Shown in pieces: positions 28,916-39,697 of a stretch of 64,000 nucleotides of DNA. Where the stretch lies: contig CAVKYE010000004.1 in the NCBI GenBank assembly GCA_963660615.1, positions 11,465 through 75,464 on the forward strand. The letters run 5' to 3'. The stretch comes from Vescimonas coprocola. Lineage in GTDB: Bacteria; Bacillota_I; Bacilli_A; RF39; UBA660. How positions within the stretch are numbered: position 1 is the first letter of the stretch; each line of letters starts with the position of its first letter. Under the pieces are notes generated by a model. That model ran no database searches. It worked only from the letters and a program-made list of their open reading frames with translations, and was not told the origin of the DNA. The position numbers and the translations under genes were made by a program.

Positions 28916-30840
28916 TGGAAGAAAACAAAGAACATTATAATGAATCAGATATTCAGGTATTAGAAGGCCTAGAAGCCGTAAGAAAAAGACCTGGAATGTA
29001 CATAGGAACAACCGATGTAAAAGGTCTTCATCATTTAGTATGGGAAATAGTTGATAATGCTATAGATGAAGCTCTAGCCGGCTACTGTAACAATATCGAA
29101 ATCATCATTAATAAAGATAACTCAATAACCGTAAAAGATAACGGTAGGGGAATCCCAACTGGAGTACATCCAAAAACCGGATTATCAACCGTAGAAACAG
29201 TATATACAGTTCTTCATGCCGGTGGAAAATTTGGTGGCGGTGGTTACAAAGTCTCAGGAGGACTTCATGGAGTTGGTGCTTCAGTAGTAAATGCCTTATC
29301 AACAAGAGTAACTGTAACTGTATATAAAGATGGTAAAATCTACGAAGCAAAATTCCAAAACGGTGGAAAAATAGTTCAAAAGCTTACCGTAATTGGTGAC
29401 TGTGAAGAAGAAAGAACTGGAACAACCGTTACATTTAAACCAGATCCTGATATTTTTGACACAGATATCTATGATTATCAAACACTAAAAACAAGGACCA
29501 GAGAACTAGCTTTCCTAAATAAAGGACTTAGCTTAACTTTAAGAGACGATAGAGATGATGAAGATACAACTGGTGAAACATTCCATTATGAAGGTGGAAT
29601 AAGTGAATATGTAAAATATTTAAATAAGAACAAAACACCAATTCAAAGTGAAATAATCCATCTAGAAGGTGAAGAACAAGACGTAATAATTGAAGTAGCC
29701 ATCCAATATAATACAGGTTATACCGACAACATTTATTCATTTGTAAACAACATCAATACCCATGATGGAGGAACTCATGAAGAAGGAGTTAGAAGAGCCC
29801 TAACCAGAATATTAAATAGTTATGCTAGAAAAAATAACATCTTAAAAGAAAAAGATGCCTCATTTAGTGGAGAAGACGTAAAAGAAGGACTAACAATGAT
29901 AGTCTCATGTAAACATCCAAACCCACAATTTGAAGGCCAAACCAAAGGAAGATTAGGGAACTCAGAGGTTAGAAAAATAGCCGATAATGTCTTTGCTGAA
30001 GGTTTTGAAAGATATCTTTTAGAGCACCCAGATGAAGCAAAAATAATTATCGAAAAAAACATGACAGCCGCAAGAGCAAGAGTTGCTGCCAAAAAAGCCA
30101 GAGAATTAACCAGAAGAAAAAGTGATTTAGATGTCATCAACTTTGGTGGAAAACTAGTAGATTGTAAAGACAAAGATCCTGCAAAATGCGAAATATTCCT
30201 AGTCGAGGGAGATTCGGCTGGAGGTTCTGCCATAAAAGGTAGAAATTCCATGACACAAGCAATCCTGCCACTAAGAGGTAAGATTTTAAATGTAGAAAAA
30301 GCAAGAATGGATAGAGCATTAAGTAATGAAGAAATAAGAACAATAATAACAGCCTTTGGTACCGGAATAGGTGAAGACTTTGACTTAAAAAAATTAAGAT
30401 ACCATAAAATAGTAATCATGACTGATGCCGATGTTGATGGTTCACATATTAGAGTTTTATTATTAACGCTATTTTACCGTTTCTTTAGACCAATAGTAGA
30501 AGCAGGACACGTATATGCCGCACAGCCTCCACTATTTTGTATAAAACATGGAAAAACTATAAAATATGTTCTAAATGAAGAAGAAAGAGATTCATATTTA
30601 GCATCATTAAATTCAAACACAAAATACGATATTATGCGTATGAAAGGTTTAGGTGAAATGGATGCCGAAGAGCTAAATGAAACAACAATGGATATAAATA
30701 GCAGAATACTAAGAAAAATAACAGTAAATGATATAATCGCTGCTGACGAAGCATTCACAAAATTAATGGGTGAAGAAGTAGAACCAAGAAGAAAATTTAT
30801 CGAAGATAACGCAACATACGCGGAAAATCTAGACATATAG
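28915..30840 (+). CDS. gyrB: DNA gyrase subunit B
   Basis: 641 aa; [32 protein letters not shown]. Confidence 0.98.
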   Translation: MEENKEHYNESDIQVLEGLEAVRKRPGMYIGTTDVKGLHHLVWEIVDNAIDEALAGYCNNIEIIINKDNSITVKDNGRGIPTGVHPKTGLSTVETVYTVLHAGGKFGGGGYKVSGGLHGVGASVVNALSTRVTVTVYKDGKIYEAKFQNGGKIVQKLTVIGDCEEERTGTTVTFKPDPDIFDTDIYDYQTLKTRTRELAFLNKGLSLTLRDDRDDEDTTGETFHYEGGISEYVKYLNKNKTPIQSEIIHLEGEEQDVIIEVAIQYNTGYTDNIYSFVNNINTHDGGTHEEGVRRALTRILNSYARKNNILKEKDASFSGEDVKEGLTMIVSCKHPNPQFEGQTKGRLGNSEVRKIADNVFAEGFERYLLEHPDEAKIIIEKNMTAARARVAAKKARELTRRKSDLDVINFGGKLVDCKDKDPAKCEIFLVEGDSAGGSAIKGRNSMTQAILPLRGKILNVEKARMDRALSNEEIRTIITAFGTGIGEDFDLKKLRYHKIVIMTDADVDGSHIRVLLLTLFYRFFRPIVEAGHVYAAQPPLFCIKHGKTIKYVLNEEERDSYLASLNSNTKYDIMRMKGLGEMDAEELNETTMDINSRILRKITVNDIIAADEAFTKLMGEEVEPRRKFIEDNATYAENLDI

Positions 30841-30850
30841 GAGGTAAAAA

Positions 30851-33295
30851 ATGGATCATAGTAGAGATAGATTAGAAGAAAACAACATAGTAAATGAAAT
30901 AGAAACTTCATTTCTAGAATACTCAATGAGTGTTATCATTTCAAGAGCCTTACCAGATCTAAGAGATGGACTAAAACCAGTACATAGAAGAATATTATAT
31001 TCAATGTATGAATCAGGGTATACACCAGATAAACCTCATAAAAAAAGTGCTAGAATAGTCGGAGACGTAATGGGAAAATATCACCCTCATGGGGATTCAA
31101 GTATTTATGAAGCCATGGTTAGAATGGCACAAGATTTTAGTTATAGAAACATGCTAGTAGATGGCCACGGAAACTTCGGAAACATTGAAGGTTACGGAGC
31201 CGCCGCAATGCGTTATACAGAATCAAGATTATCAAAAATAGCCTTAGAATTATTAAGAGATATCAATAAAGACACTGTTGATTTCACACCAAACTTTGAT
31301 GAATCAGAAAAAGAGCCCTCAATTTTACCATCAAGATTTCCAAATATATTAGTAAATGGAACCATGGGAATAGCCGTAGGAATGGCTACAAATATTCCCC
31401 CACACAACTTAGGAGAAGTAATAGAGGGATGCATTGCCTATATTGATAATCCTGAAATAGATACATCAGGACTAATGCAATACATAAAAGGCCCAGACTT
31501 TCCAACTGGAGCCATAATCCTTGGTAATAGTGGAATCAAAAAAGCCTACGAAACCGGAAAAGGAACAATAACCATAAGAAGTAGAGCTAGAATAGAAGAG
31601 GCAAATGGTAAACAATATATAATCATAGATGAAGTACCATATGGCGTAAACACCTCAGAATTAAAAAATAAAGTAGCTGATCTAGTACATTCAAAAGTAA
31701 TAGAAGGAATTTCAGATTACCACACCGACTTAAAAGATGGAATTAAAATCACCATAACCTTAAAAAAAGATGCCAATGCCCAAATAGTATTAAACAATCT
31801 TTATAAACACACCCAATTCCAAACAAACTATGGAATAACACTCTTAATGTTAGATAATGGTGTACCCAAAACTCTAGGATTAAAAGACATAATTTCAAAA
31901 TACATCGATTATCAAAAAGAAATAATAATCAGAAGAACAAAATATGATTTAAGAAAAGCAGAAGCTAGAGTTCACATATTAGAAGGACTCAAAATAGCAC
32001 TAGACAACATAGATGAAATAATCAAATTAATTAAAGCCGCCAAAGGCGACGATGAGGCCAGAAAACAACTAATGGAAAGATTCCATTTAACAGAAATACA
32101 AGCTAATGCCATTCTAGAAATGAAATTAAGAAGATTAACGGGCTTAGAAAGAGCAAAAATCGAAGCCGAATTAGCCGACTTATTAGAGAAAATAAAATAT
32201 TATAAAGAAATACTAGCATCGGAGCAAAAAGTATTAAATATAATCAAAGAAGAATTATTAGAAATAAAAAATAAATACAGTGATGATAGACGAACAGAAA
32301 TAGATATGACAGCAATAGATTATATAGAAGATGAATCACTAATACCTGTGGAAAACATCGTAATAACTTTAACAAATAATGGTTATATAAAAAGAACAAC
32401 AAGCGAAACATATAAAACGCAAAATAGAGGCGGAGTAGGAATTAAAGGAATGACTACAAACGAAGATGATTTTGTGGAAAAACTAATATCGATGACAACA
32501 CATGATTATATAATGTTCTTCACCAACAAAGGAAAAGTATATAGATTAAAAGGATATGAAATCCCACAATACAGCAGACAATCAAAGGGATTGCCAATAA
32601 TAAATCTTTTACCATTAGAAAAAACAGAACACATAAAAGCCATGTTAAAAGTAGAAAAAGAAGAGAAAAACAACTATATTGTATTTTGTACACAAAACGG
32701 TTTAGTAAAAAGAACATCATTATCAGAATTCGAAAACATAAGATCAAACGGTAAAATTGCAATAACATTAAAAGAAACAGATGAATTAATATCAGTAATG
32801 AAAACAACTGGGGAAAACGAAGTAATTATAGCCGCATCAAATGGTAGAATGATAAGATTTGTGGAAAACGAAATAAGAATAATGGGAAGAACAGCATCCG
32901 GAGTAAAAGGAATAGACCTTGGACAAGATGGAATTTGCGTAGAATGTGAAATAGCAGAGCCAGAACAACAAATATTAGTAGTAACAGAAAATGGTTATGG
33001 AAAAAGAACAAATATTGAAGAATATAGAATGACTCATAGAGGAAGCAAAGGAGTCAAAGCACTAAACATAACCGAGAAAAATGGAAATATAGTTGCATTT
33101 AAATTAGTAAATGGTGACGAAGACTTAATGATAATAACAAATAGTGGAATAATAATAAGACTATCAGTAGACCAAGTATCAACAACCGGTAGAGTAGCCC
33201 AAGGCGTAAGATTAATTCATTTAAAAAATGAACAACAAGTAAGTAATGTAGCACTATTAGCTAAAGAAGAAACTATAGAAACCGAAGAACACTAA
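30851..33295 (+). CDS. gyrA: DNA gyrase subunit A
   Basis: 814 aa; [24 protein letters not shown] active-site Tyr region. Confidence 0.98.
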   Translation: MDHSRDRLEENNIVNEIETSFLEYSMSVIISRALPDLRDGLKPVHRRILYSMYESGYTPDKPHKKSARIVGDVMGKYHPHGDSSIYEAMVRMAQDFSYRNMLVDGHGNFGNIEGYGAAAMRYTESRLSKIALELLRDINKDTVDFTPNFDESEKEPSILPSRFPNILVNGTMGIAVGMATNIPPHNLGEVIEGCIAYIDNPEIDTSGLMQYIKGPDFPTGAIILGNSGIKKAYETGKGTITIRSRARIEEANGKQYIIIDEVPYGVNTSELKNKVADLVHSKVIEGISDYHTDLKDGIKITITLKKDANAQIVLNNLYKHTQFQTNYGITLLMLDNGVPKTLGLKDIISKYIDYQKEIIIRRTKYDLRKAEARVHILEGLKIALDNIDEIIKLIKAAKGDDEARKQLMERFHLTEIQANAILEMKLRRLTGLERAKIEAELADLLEKIKYYKEILASEQKVLNIIKEELLEIKNKYSDDRRTEIDMTAIDYIEDESLIPVENIVITLTNNGYIKRTTSETYKTQNRGGVGIKGMTTNEDDFVEKLISMTTHDYIMFFTNKGKVYRLKGYEIPQYSRQSKGLPIINLLPLEKTEHIKAMLKVEKEEKNNYIVFCTQNGLVKRTSLSEFENIRSNGKIAITLKETDELISVMKTTGENEVIIAASNGRMIRFVENEIRIMGRTASGVKGIDLGQDGICVECEIAEPEQQILVVTENGYGKRTNIEEYRMTHRGSKGVKALNITEKNGNIVAFKLVNGDEDLMIITNSGIIIRLSVDQVSTTGRVAQGVRLIHLKNEQQVSNVALLAKEETIETEEH

Positions 33296-33302
33296 AAAAT
33301 TA

Positions 33303-33341
33303 AATAAGATATCGATTTAAAACATCATATCTTATTTTTTT
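33303..33341 (+). terminator. rho-independent terminator of gyrA
   Basis: aataagatat ... atatcttatt 10-bp stem followed by a T-run. Confidence 0.7.
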
Positions 33342-33464
33342 GTGTAAAAAAAAATAAGGAACAAAAAACAAAATAGTGGATAATTAAACATAATAAAAAA
33401 TAATATTGTGGAAAACAGGGTTAAAAGTGCGAAAAAGACAAGAAAAAGTCAAAATACAAAAAAA

Positions 33465-34432
33465 TGTTTCACGTGAAACATGCAATTAACATTAATAAGA
33501 AGGAATAAAAAAAATTAAATAAAACATTCAAGAACAATAAAGTAAGCATGAATTCAAAATACAAAATATAAGTATACTTTTGCAAATGAAACATTATATA
33601 CATAATTACTAACCATTGTGTAAAAAATACATATGTTTCACGTGAAACATATAAAAAATTGAATTATTATACTGAAAAAGATTTGTTAAAATAATAGAGT
33701 TGTATATTAATTACATAATATACAAGGTATAATATGTAAAAAAACGAACATTTCATATGGAAACACTCTAAAATTAAATTGAATAAGGTCTAATACAATA
33801 CAAAATGATGTTTCACATGAAACATCTACAAAGTATTTTTTATATAATACAAAAATGTATTATATAAGTAATATTTTAATTGATGATTTTTTAATAATCG
33901 ACGTTTCACATGAAACATTGAAATTATAAAAAAACTAAAATAAAGATAAAAATAGTTAAAAGAAAAAGAATTTAGATATTATTAAACATTTTTAGTATAA
34001 ATAATATAAGTATATTTATGAATTTTACGTTCAAAAGCATTATATATATTTAATGTAGTAATTTTTAATTATTATTATTACTATTATAAAAAATTATGTT
34101 TCACGTGAAACTATGGTTATGTTAAAAGATAAATATTATTTGTTATTTCGATAGAAAAGTGACTAAAAAAATCAAAGAACTGATTAAAATTATATTTTTT
34201 ATGAATAATATACATTTGTTTAGTGAAAAAATTCTAGTCCAATCATATAAAATTGAATAAAAGCTAGTATTTATGGGTTAATAGTATATGTTCCACGTGA
34301 AACATATAGAATAAATAAATTAAAAATAATCGAATAATGTATTGGCAAAAATAAGAAAGTAGATAAAAATTGTGAATAAAATGATTAAATATATATAAAA
34401 AATACACTTACAAATATGTTTCACGCGAAACT
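33465..34432. repeat. array of 7 parS-like 16-bp palindromes (plus 1 degenerate copy) in non-coding DNA
   Basis: TGTTTCACGTGAAACA at 33465 and 33634; TGTTTCACATGAAACA 33809; CGTTTCACATGAAACA 33902; TGTTTCACGTGAAACT 34097; TGTTCCACGTGAAACA 34289; TGTTTCACGCGAAACT 34417; degenerate CATTTCATATGGAAACA 33749. B. subtilis parS consensus is TGTTNCACGTGAAACA. Confidence 0.85.
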
Positions 34433-34484
34433 ATGAAAAATACACATAATATATATAAAAAAATCAAATAACAGGCATTATAGA

Positions 34485-34513
34485 TTGCATTTTTAGGTAA
34501 AATGATGTAATAT
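34485..34513 (+). promoter_or_regulatory. sigma-A-type promoter of the SRP RNA gene
   Basis: TTGCAT - 17 nt - TAATAT, 6 nt before the G at 34520. Confidence 0.6.
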
Positions 34514-34519
34514 GAAAAA

Positions 34520-34592
34520 GGTACAACATTTATATCTGAACCAGGTCAGAATCGGAAGATAGCAGCCTTAAGGATCCCTAAGTGTGTGTACC
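34520..34592 (+). ncRNA. ffs: small (about 73 nt) signal recognition particle RNA
   Basis: ACCAGGUCAGAAUCGGAAGAUAGCAGCC matches the SRP domain IV motif (GGAA tetraloop closed by AUC/GAU, conserved AGCAGCC/CCAGGUCAG). Terminal helix GGUACA...UGUACC. Synteny with tadA-dnaX-ybaB-recR, as scr in B. subtilis. Confidence 0.8.
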
Positions 34593-34610
34593 TTTTAATT
34601 AGGTGATAAT

Positions 34611-35015
34611 GTGGAAAAATATATGCAATTAGCCATTTTAGAAGCAAAAAAATGTAAAAAAACAGACGACGTCCCAGTTGGAGCAGTTATTGTTGAAAAT
34701 GGAAAAATTATAGCCAAAGCTCATAATACAAAAGAAAAAACAAAATCAGCAATAGCACATGCCGAAATAAATGCTGTGGAAAAAGCATGCAAAAAAAAGA
34801 AAAATTGGCACTTAAATGAATGTGAAATGTATGTCACACTAGAACCATGCCCAATGTGCCTAGGAGCCATAAAAGAAGCAAGAATAAAAAAAGTGACATA
34901 TGCAGTCTCAAGAGACAAAAAAAACACCCTTAACAATCCAAAAATGATCCTAGGAACCCAGACCAAAGAATCAAAAACAATACTCAAAAGCTTTTTCGAA
35001 AACAAGAGGAAATAA
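34611..35015 (+). CDS. tadA: tRNA-specific adenosine deaminase
   Basis: 134 aa; HAEINAV and PCPMCLGAI zinc motifs. GTG start after AGGTGA (alternative ATG at 34623). Confidence 0.93.
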   Translation: MEKYMQLAILEAKKCKKTDDVPVGAVIVENGKIIAKAHNTKEKTKSAIAHAEINAVEKACKKKKNWHLNECEMYVTLEPCPMCLGAIKEARIKKVTYAVSRDKKNTLNNPKMILGTQTKESKTILKSFFENKRK

Positions 35016-35092
35016 TAAAAGATATTTCCTTTTGTTGTGGAAAAAACCAAACAAAAATGATATAATTATATATAGATTCAGAAGGTGATATT

Positions 35093-36829
35093 GTGTATCA
35101 AGCATTATATAGAAAATATAGGCCAAAAACCCTAACCGAGATAGGTGGTCAAGATACAATTGTAAAAATAATAAATAATTCAATAACAAACAATAGAATA
35201 AACCATGCATACCTATTTGCAGGACCAAGAGGAACCGGAAAAACCAGCATAGCAAAAATATTTGCAAAAATGGTAAACTGTGAAAATCTAAAAAATGGAA
35301 TCCCTTGCAATAAATGTGTGAGTTGTACACAAACAAACAATAGTGACATAATAGAAATAGATGCAGCCTCAAATAACGGAGTAGATGAAATCAGAGAATT
35401 GAGAAATAAAGTAAACCTCGTACCATCATACGGTAAATATAAAGTATATATAATTGATGAAGTACACATGCTTACTACTGGTGCCTTTAACGCACTATTA
35501 AAAACCCTTGAAGAACCACCAGCACATATAATATTTATTCTAGCAACCACAGATCCACATAAAATACCCGAAACAATATTATCAAGGTGCCAAAGACTAG
35601 ATTTCAAAAAAATTAGCAATAAAAGCATAGTAGAAAGACTAAAAGAAATATCATCCAAAGAAAACATCAAAATAACCGATGAAGCCCTAAATGAAATAGC
35701 AAGACTTTCTGATGGTGGAATGCGAGATTCAATAGGATTATTAGATGAAGCCACCGCATATAGTGATAATGAAATAACAATAAAAGATATACATGCCATA
35801 AATGGTACCCTAACCCCACAAGACTTAGCAGAATTTTTAGAACTGATTGTGGATAAAAAAATAGAAAAAATCCTTCAAAAAATAGACGAATATAGTGAAA
35901 GTGGAAAAAATTTTGTAAAATTAACCGAAGAAATCATAAACTTTATCCGAAACATCTTACTATATCAAAAAGCCGAGGGATATTTTAAATCATTACATAA
36001 AGATACAAAATTATATGAAAAAATAAGCTCAAAAATAGCTGATTTTCAATTAATGGAATATATTGACCGACTAAACCAAGGATTATTAGAAATGAAAACA
36101 ACAAATAATCCCAAATTAGTTCTTGAACTAACTCTAATAAAAATATTATCCAATAAAAATCAAAATATTGTGGAAAAAGAGCCAGAAACTAACACTTATC
36201 AAAAAAGCGTAACAACTACACAAAACCAAAACTCCCACATCACACAAACAGAAATACAAAAAAATGAAAATACTGTGGAAAAAGACCAAATAATTACCCA
36301 ACAAAACAAAAGCTCAATTCAAAATATAAATAAAGTTCCAATTACAAACGAAAAAGTAGTTTTCACCCCAAAAAATCAAAAAAAATTAGAAGAACTAAAA
36401 CAACTTAGAATAAATAATACCCTAGCAAAATTTACAAAAAAATTAATTCCCATAACAAAACAAAAACTATTAGAATTAAATAACTACTTATTAGATCCAG
36501 ATATAAGTACATTTGCTTCGATGCTAATGGATGGAACATTAAAAGCTGCCAGTGAAGAAAATTTAATATTTGTCTACAGCAAAGAAAGAACCGCAAAACG
36601 GTTCAATGAAAACATAATAAATCTAGAAACTACCATTCAAAAAATATTAAACAAAAAATATAAAATTATTGCCACAGATATAAACGAGTGGCAACAAATA
36701 AAAGATGATTTTAATAGCCGTAAAAAAATCTATGAATACAAAGAAGAAAATATAAATATAGAAGAAATATTTACGAAAAACGAGAATAATGAATTTAGCT
36801 CATATAGTGAGTTAATAGAATATAATTAA
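35093..36829 (+). CDS. dnaX: DNA polymerase III subunit gamma/tau
   Basis: 578 aa; GPRGTGKTS Walker A, IIDEVHML, SRCQ; GTG start after AAGGTGA. Confidence 0.96.
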   Translation: MYQALYRKYRPKTLTEIGGQDTIVKIINNSITNNRINHAYLFAGPRGTGKTSIAKIFAKMVNCENLKNGIPCNKCVSCTQTNNSDIIEIDAASNNGVDEIRELRNKVNLVPSYGKYKVYIIDEVHMLTTGAFNALLKTLEEPPAHIIFILATTDPHKIPETILSRCQRLDFKKISNKSIVERLKEISSKENIKITDEALNEIARLSDGGMRDSIGLLDEATAYSDNEITIKDIHAINGTLTPQDLAEFLELIVDKKIEKILQKIDEYSESGKNFVKLTEEIINFIRNILLYQKAEGYFKSLHKDTKLYEKISSKIADFQLMEYIDRLNQGLLEMKTTNNPKLVLELTLIKILSNKNQNIVEKEPETNTYQKSVTTTQNQNSHITQTEIQKNENTVEKDQIITQQNKSSIQNINKVPITNEKVVFTPKNQKKLEELKQLRINNTLAKFTKKLIPITKQKLLELNNYLLDPDISTFASMLMDGTLKAASEENLIFVYSKERTAKRFNENIINLETTIQKILNKKYKIIATDINEWQQIKDDFNSRKKIYEYKEENINIEEIFTKNENNEFSSYSELIEYN

Positions 36830-36848
36830 AAAAGAAAGAAGGATTAAA

Positions 36849-37145
36849 ATGAATATACAAGCCATGATGAAACAAGCACAAAAAATGCAAAAAGATATGA
36901 TTAAAGCAAAAGAGGAAATTGATAATACAATATTTGAAGGAAAATCTTCATTAGTAACCATCCAAATGAAAGGAACAAAAGAAATCGCAAAAGTAAAAAT
37001 AGAAGCTGAATCTTTAGAAAAAGAAGACATAGAAATGCTAGAAGACATGATACAAGTTGCTGTTAATGACGCAAACAAAAAAATCGATAAAGAAACCGAA
37101 GAAAAAATGGGCAAATACACAAAAGGAATGCCAGGATTATTCTAA
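36849..37145 (+). CDS. ybaB: YbaB/EbfC family nucleoid-associated protein
   Basis: 98 aa; C-terminal GMPGLF; between dnaX and recR. Confidence 0.93.
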   Translation: MNIQAMMKQAQKMQKDMIKAKEEIDNTIFEGKSSLVTIQMKGTKEIAKVKIEAESLEKEDIEMLEDMIQVAVNDANKKIDKETEEKMGKYTKGMPGLF

Positions 37146-37741
37146 TGTACCCAAAGACAATAATAAATTTAATAGAATGTTTCAAAAAATTCCCTGGAAT
37201 AGGTTCCAAAACCGCTGAACGATTGGCCCTATCATGTTTAAAAATGGATGAAGAAACCATAGAAATTTTTATAAACTCTCTAAAAAATAGTCAAACAAAA
37301 ATAAAAAAATGTGAAAAATGTGGCAATCTTTCAGAAGACACCTTATGTGAGATTTGCAAAGACAAAAAACGTGAAAAAAATATAATTTGCGTAGTAGAAG
37401 AAAGCAAAAATATAATAATGTTTGAAAAAATAGGAACATACAATGGACAATATCATGTACTAAATGGCCTTATATCCCCTTTAGATGGAATAAACCCAGA
37501 AGATATAAACATAAAAAGTCTTCTTAAAAGAATAGACGAAGAAGATATAAAAGAAATAATCTTAGCCGTAAAACCAACCGTAGAAGGAGAAACCACAGCA
37601 TTATATATAAGTAAACTATTGCAAAATAAAAATATCACCATCACCAAAATAGCACATGGAATACCAATAGGAGCTGAAATTGATTACATAGATCCATTAA
37701 CCCTAGAAATAGCCCTACAAGAACGTTCCCAAATCTCATAA
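37145..37741 (+). CDS. recR: recombination protein RecR
   Basis: 198 aa; CEKCGNLSEDTLCEIC zinc finger; Toprim region. Confidence 0.96.
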   Translation: MYPKTIINLIECFKKFPGIGSKTAERLALSCLKMDEETIEIFINSLKNSQTKIKKCEKCGNLSEDTLCEICKDKKREKNIICVVEESKNIIMFEKIGTYNGQYHVLNGLISPLDGINPEDINIKSLLKRIDEEDIKEIILAVKPTVEGETTALYISKLLQNKNITITKIAHGIPIGAEIDYIDPLTLEIALQERSQIS

Positions 37742-37779
37742 AAATCAGAAAAAAAAATATACTGATATTGAGGTGGAAT

Positions 37780-37965
37780 ATGCAGGTACAAATAACAAAC
37801 ATCCTAAAAAAAATATTAGCCGCTTTTTTCATGTTATATGGTTACAATATACTAGTACCCGCTGTTGCAATAATACCAATAAATATAATAACCATAGTAA
37901 TATTAACTATATTTAGCCTTCCAGGACTAATATTTTTAATAATAATAAGATTGCTAATATATTAG
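37780..37965 (+). CDS. bofA: pro-sigma-K processing inhibitor BofA-like membrane protein
   Basis: Trimmed to ATG at 37780 (AGGTGG upstream). IPINIITIVILTIFSLPGLIFLIIIRLLI aligns with the B. subtilis BofA C-terminal half (VPINLVTTAIAGILGIPG...; from memory). Position after recR as in B. subtilis. Confidence 0.7.
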   Translation: MQVQITNILKKILAAFFMLYGYNILVPAVAIIPINIITIVILTIFSLPGLIFLIIIRLLIY

Positions 37966-37976
37966 GAGGAAAGAAA

Positions 37977-38921
37977 ATGCTAGACGAATATAAAAAAAGT
38001 CAACCAATACCATATCAAATATTAAAAAATACTATTAGTAAAGAAAAGTATTCACATGCTTATCTATTTGAAACTAATAGCTTTTCTGGTTCATATGAAC
38101 TAGTAATGGCTTTCGTAAAATCCCTTCTATGTCCAAATAAATATACATCAAAAAATAATTGTCAAAATTGCAAACAATGCTTACTAATAGAAAGTGGAAA
38201 CTACACAGAAATAGAAATAATAAATCCTGATGGACTTTGGATAAAAAAAGAACAATTAAAAAAACTACAAGAAGAATTCAGTACAAAAGCGCTAATCGGA
38301 AATAAAAAAATATATATCATAAATGGTGCCGAAAAACTAAACACAACAGCAGCTAATTCTATACTAAAGTTTTTAGAAGAACCCGCCAAAGGAATAATTG
38401 CAATCCTTATAACCAATAACATATATAGCGTATTAGAAACCATAAAATCAAGATGTCAAATAATAAAACTAATTCCAGATAAAAAAGCATTTAAGGATGA
38501 AACAACCATTGAGAGATTAAATATAAGCATAAATAAAACAAAAGACCTAGATGCCCAAACCAAAGAAAAATATGAAAAAATAATATATTTTATAAATTTT
38601 TATGAAAAAAATCATCTAGATACCTTGTCATATATGCAAAAGCATTGGCATGACAACATAAAAACCAAAGAAGAATTACAAATAGCCTTTGATATAATGA
38701 TACTTTATTATAAAGACATCTTAAACAAACAAACAAATAGAAAAGTAGAAATATTTGAAGATTATCAAAAAGAAATAAATGACATAATAGAAAAAAACAC
38801 CATCTTAGACATAACACAAAAAATAAATATAATTGCAGAAACAAAAGAAAAAATAAAATATAACGCTAATCAAAACTTATTAATGGACAAGCTAATAATT
38901 GATTTAGAGGGAGGAGTATAA
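37977..38921 (+). CDS. holB: DNA polymerase III delta-prime subunit
   Basis: 314 aa; HAYLFE, IIN...LEEP, SRCQ motifs. Confidence 0.9.
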   Translation: MLDEYKKSQPIPYQILKNTISKEKYSHAYLFETNSFSGSYELVMAFVKSLLCPNKYTSKNNCQNCKQCLLIESGNYTEIEIINPDGLWIKKEQLKKLQEEFSTKALIGNKKIYIINGAEKLNTTAANSILKFLEEPAKGIIAILITNNIYSVLETIKSRCQIIKLIPDKKAFKDETTIERLNISINKTKDLDAQTKEKYEKIIYFINFYEKNHLDTLSYMQKHWHDNIKTKEELQIAFDIMILYYKDILNKQTNRKVEIFEDYQKEINDIIEKNTILDITQKINIIAETKEKIKYNANQNLLMDKLIIDLEGGV

Positions 38922-39697
38922 TGATAGAAGTAATAGCTGTAACCCTAAAAAATAATAGTAGAGTATACTACTTTGATCCAAATAATTTCAAACTAAAAAA
39001 CGGAGTAACCGTCATCGTAGAAACAGAACAAGGATTAGGATTTGGAAAAGTAAAAGAAACCAAAAAAATAGACTCAAAAACTTTAAAAAGTCCATTAAAA
39101 AAAATCATAAGAATATCTACCAAAGAAGATTATAGAAAACATAAAAAAAATTTAAAAGATGCCACATCCGCTCTAACAAAATGCAAACAAATAGTAGAAA
39201 AAAAGCAAATCCCAATGCAAATAATAGATGCTACCTTCACATTTGATAGGGATAAATTAATATTTAGATTTCTAGCTGACGGTCGTGTAGATTTCAGAGA
39301 ACTTGCCAAAGATTTAGCCCATATATACAAAGTAAGAATAGAATTAAGACAGATAGGAGTAAGAGACAAAGCCAAAGAAGTAAGTGGCTGTGGGCCATGT
39401 GGTCAAAAATTATGTTGCTCAAGATTCTTAAAAGACCTAGACACCGTATCAATATCCATGGCAAAAAACCAAAATATTGCCCTAAACCCTTCAAAAATAA
39501 ATGGAGTATGTGGAAGATTACTTTGCTGCTTAAAATATGAAGACGAAAATTACACATGTGCCAAAAAATGCATGTTAAAAATTGGCGATAAAATCCAAAC
39601 AGAATATGGAGAAGGCATAGTAAAAGGATTAGATATACTAAATCAACAATATAAAGTAGAAGTACCAAACCATGGAATAATAAGGATTGATAAATAA
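38921..39697 (+). CDS. ricT: PSP1-domain protein YaaT/RicT
   Basis: 258 aa; Cys-rich CGPCGQKLCC / CGRLLCCLKYE; follows holB. Confidence 0.9.
   Translation: MIEVIAVTLKNNSRVYYFDPNNFKLKNGVTVIVETEQGLGFGKVKETKKIDSKTLKSPLKKIIRISTKEDYRKHKKNLKDATSALTKCKQIVEKKQIPMQIIDATFTFDRDKLIFRFLADGRVDFRELAKDLAHIYKVRIELRQIGVRDKAKEVSGCGPCGQKLCCSRFLKDLDTVSISMAKNQNIALNPSKINGVCGRLLCCLKYEDENYTCAKKCMLKIGDKIQTEYGEGIVKGLDILNQQYKVEVPNHGIIRIDK

Noticed and set aside
30474-30926. 150-aa minus-strand ORF antisense to the gyrB-gyrA junction, and similar antisense ORFs across 24-60 kb (for example 35149..35799, 58217..58807, 58975..59481)
   Set aside because: Each lies entirely antisense to a conserved gene, has hydrophobic or Ser-rich shadow-frame composition, and has no RBS.
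33465-34432. The repeat-spacer look of the palindrome array suggested a CRISPR array
   Set aside because: The repeats are only 16-22 bp and fully palindromic. Spacing is irregular (59-195 bp start to start), copies carry graded mismatches, and no cas genes are nearby. The sequence matches the parS consensus instead.
33296-34519. Expected an rRNA operon or tRNA genes downstream of gyrA, as in many Bacillota
   Set aside because: No 16S/23S/5S-like or tRNA-like sequence (no GGTTCGAATCC-type T-arm) is visible anywhere in the window. Only the SRP RNA was found.
36200-36207. CAAAAAAG in dnaX as a programmed -1 frameshift site for a gamma subunit
   Set aside because: The zero-frame reading is CAA AAA AGC (Q-K-S), so the A-run is not in the X XXY YYZ register. 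A-runs are ubiquitous in this genome, and no downstream stem-loop was seen.
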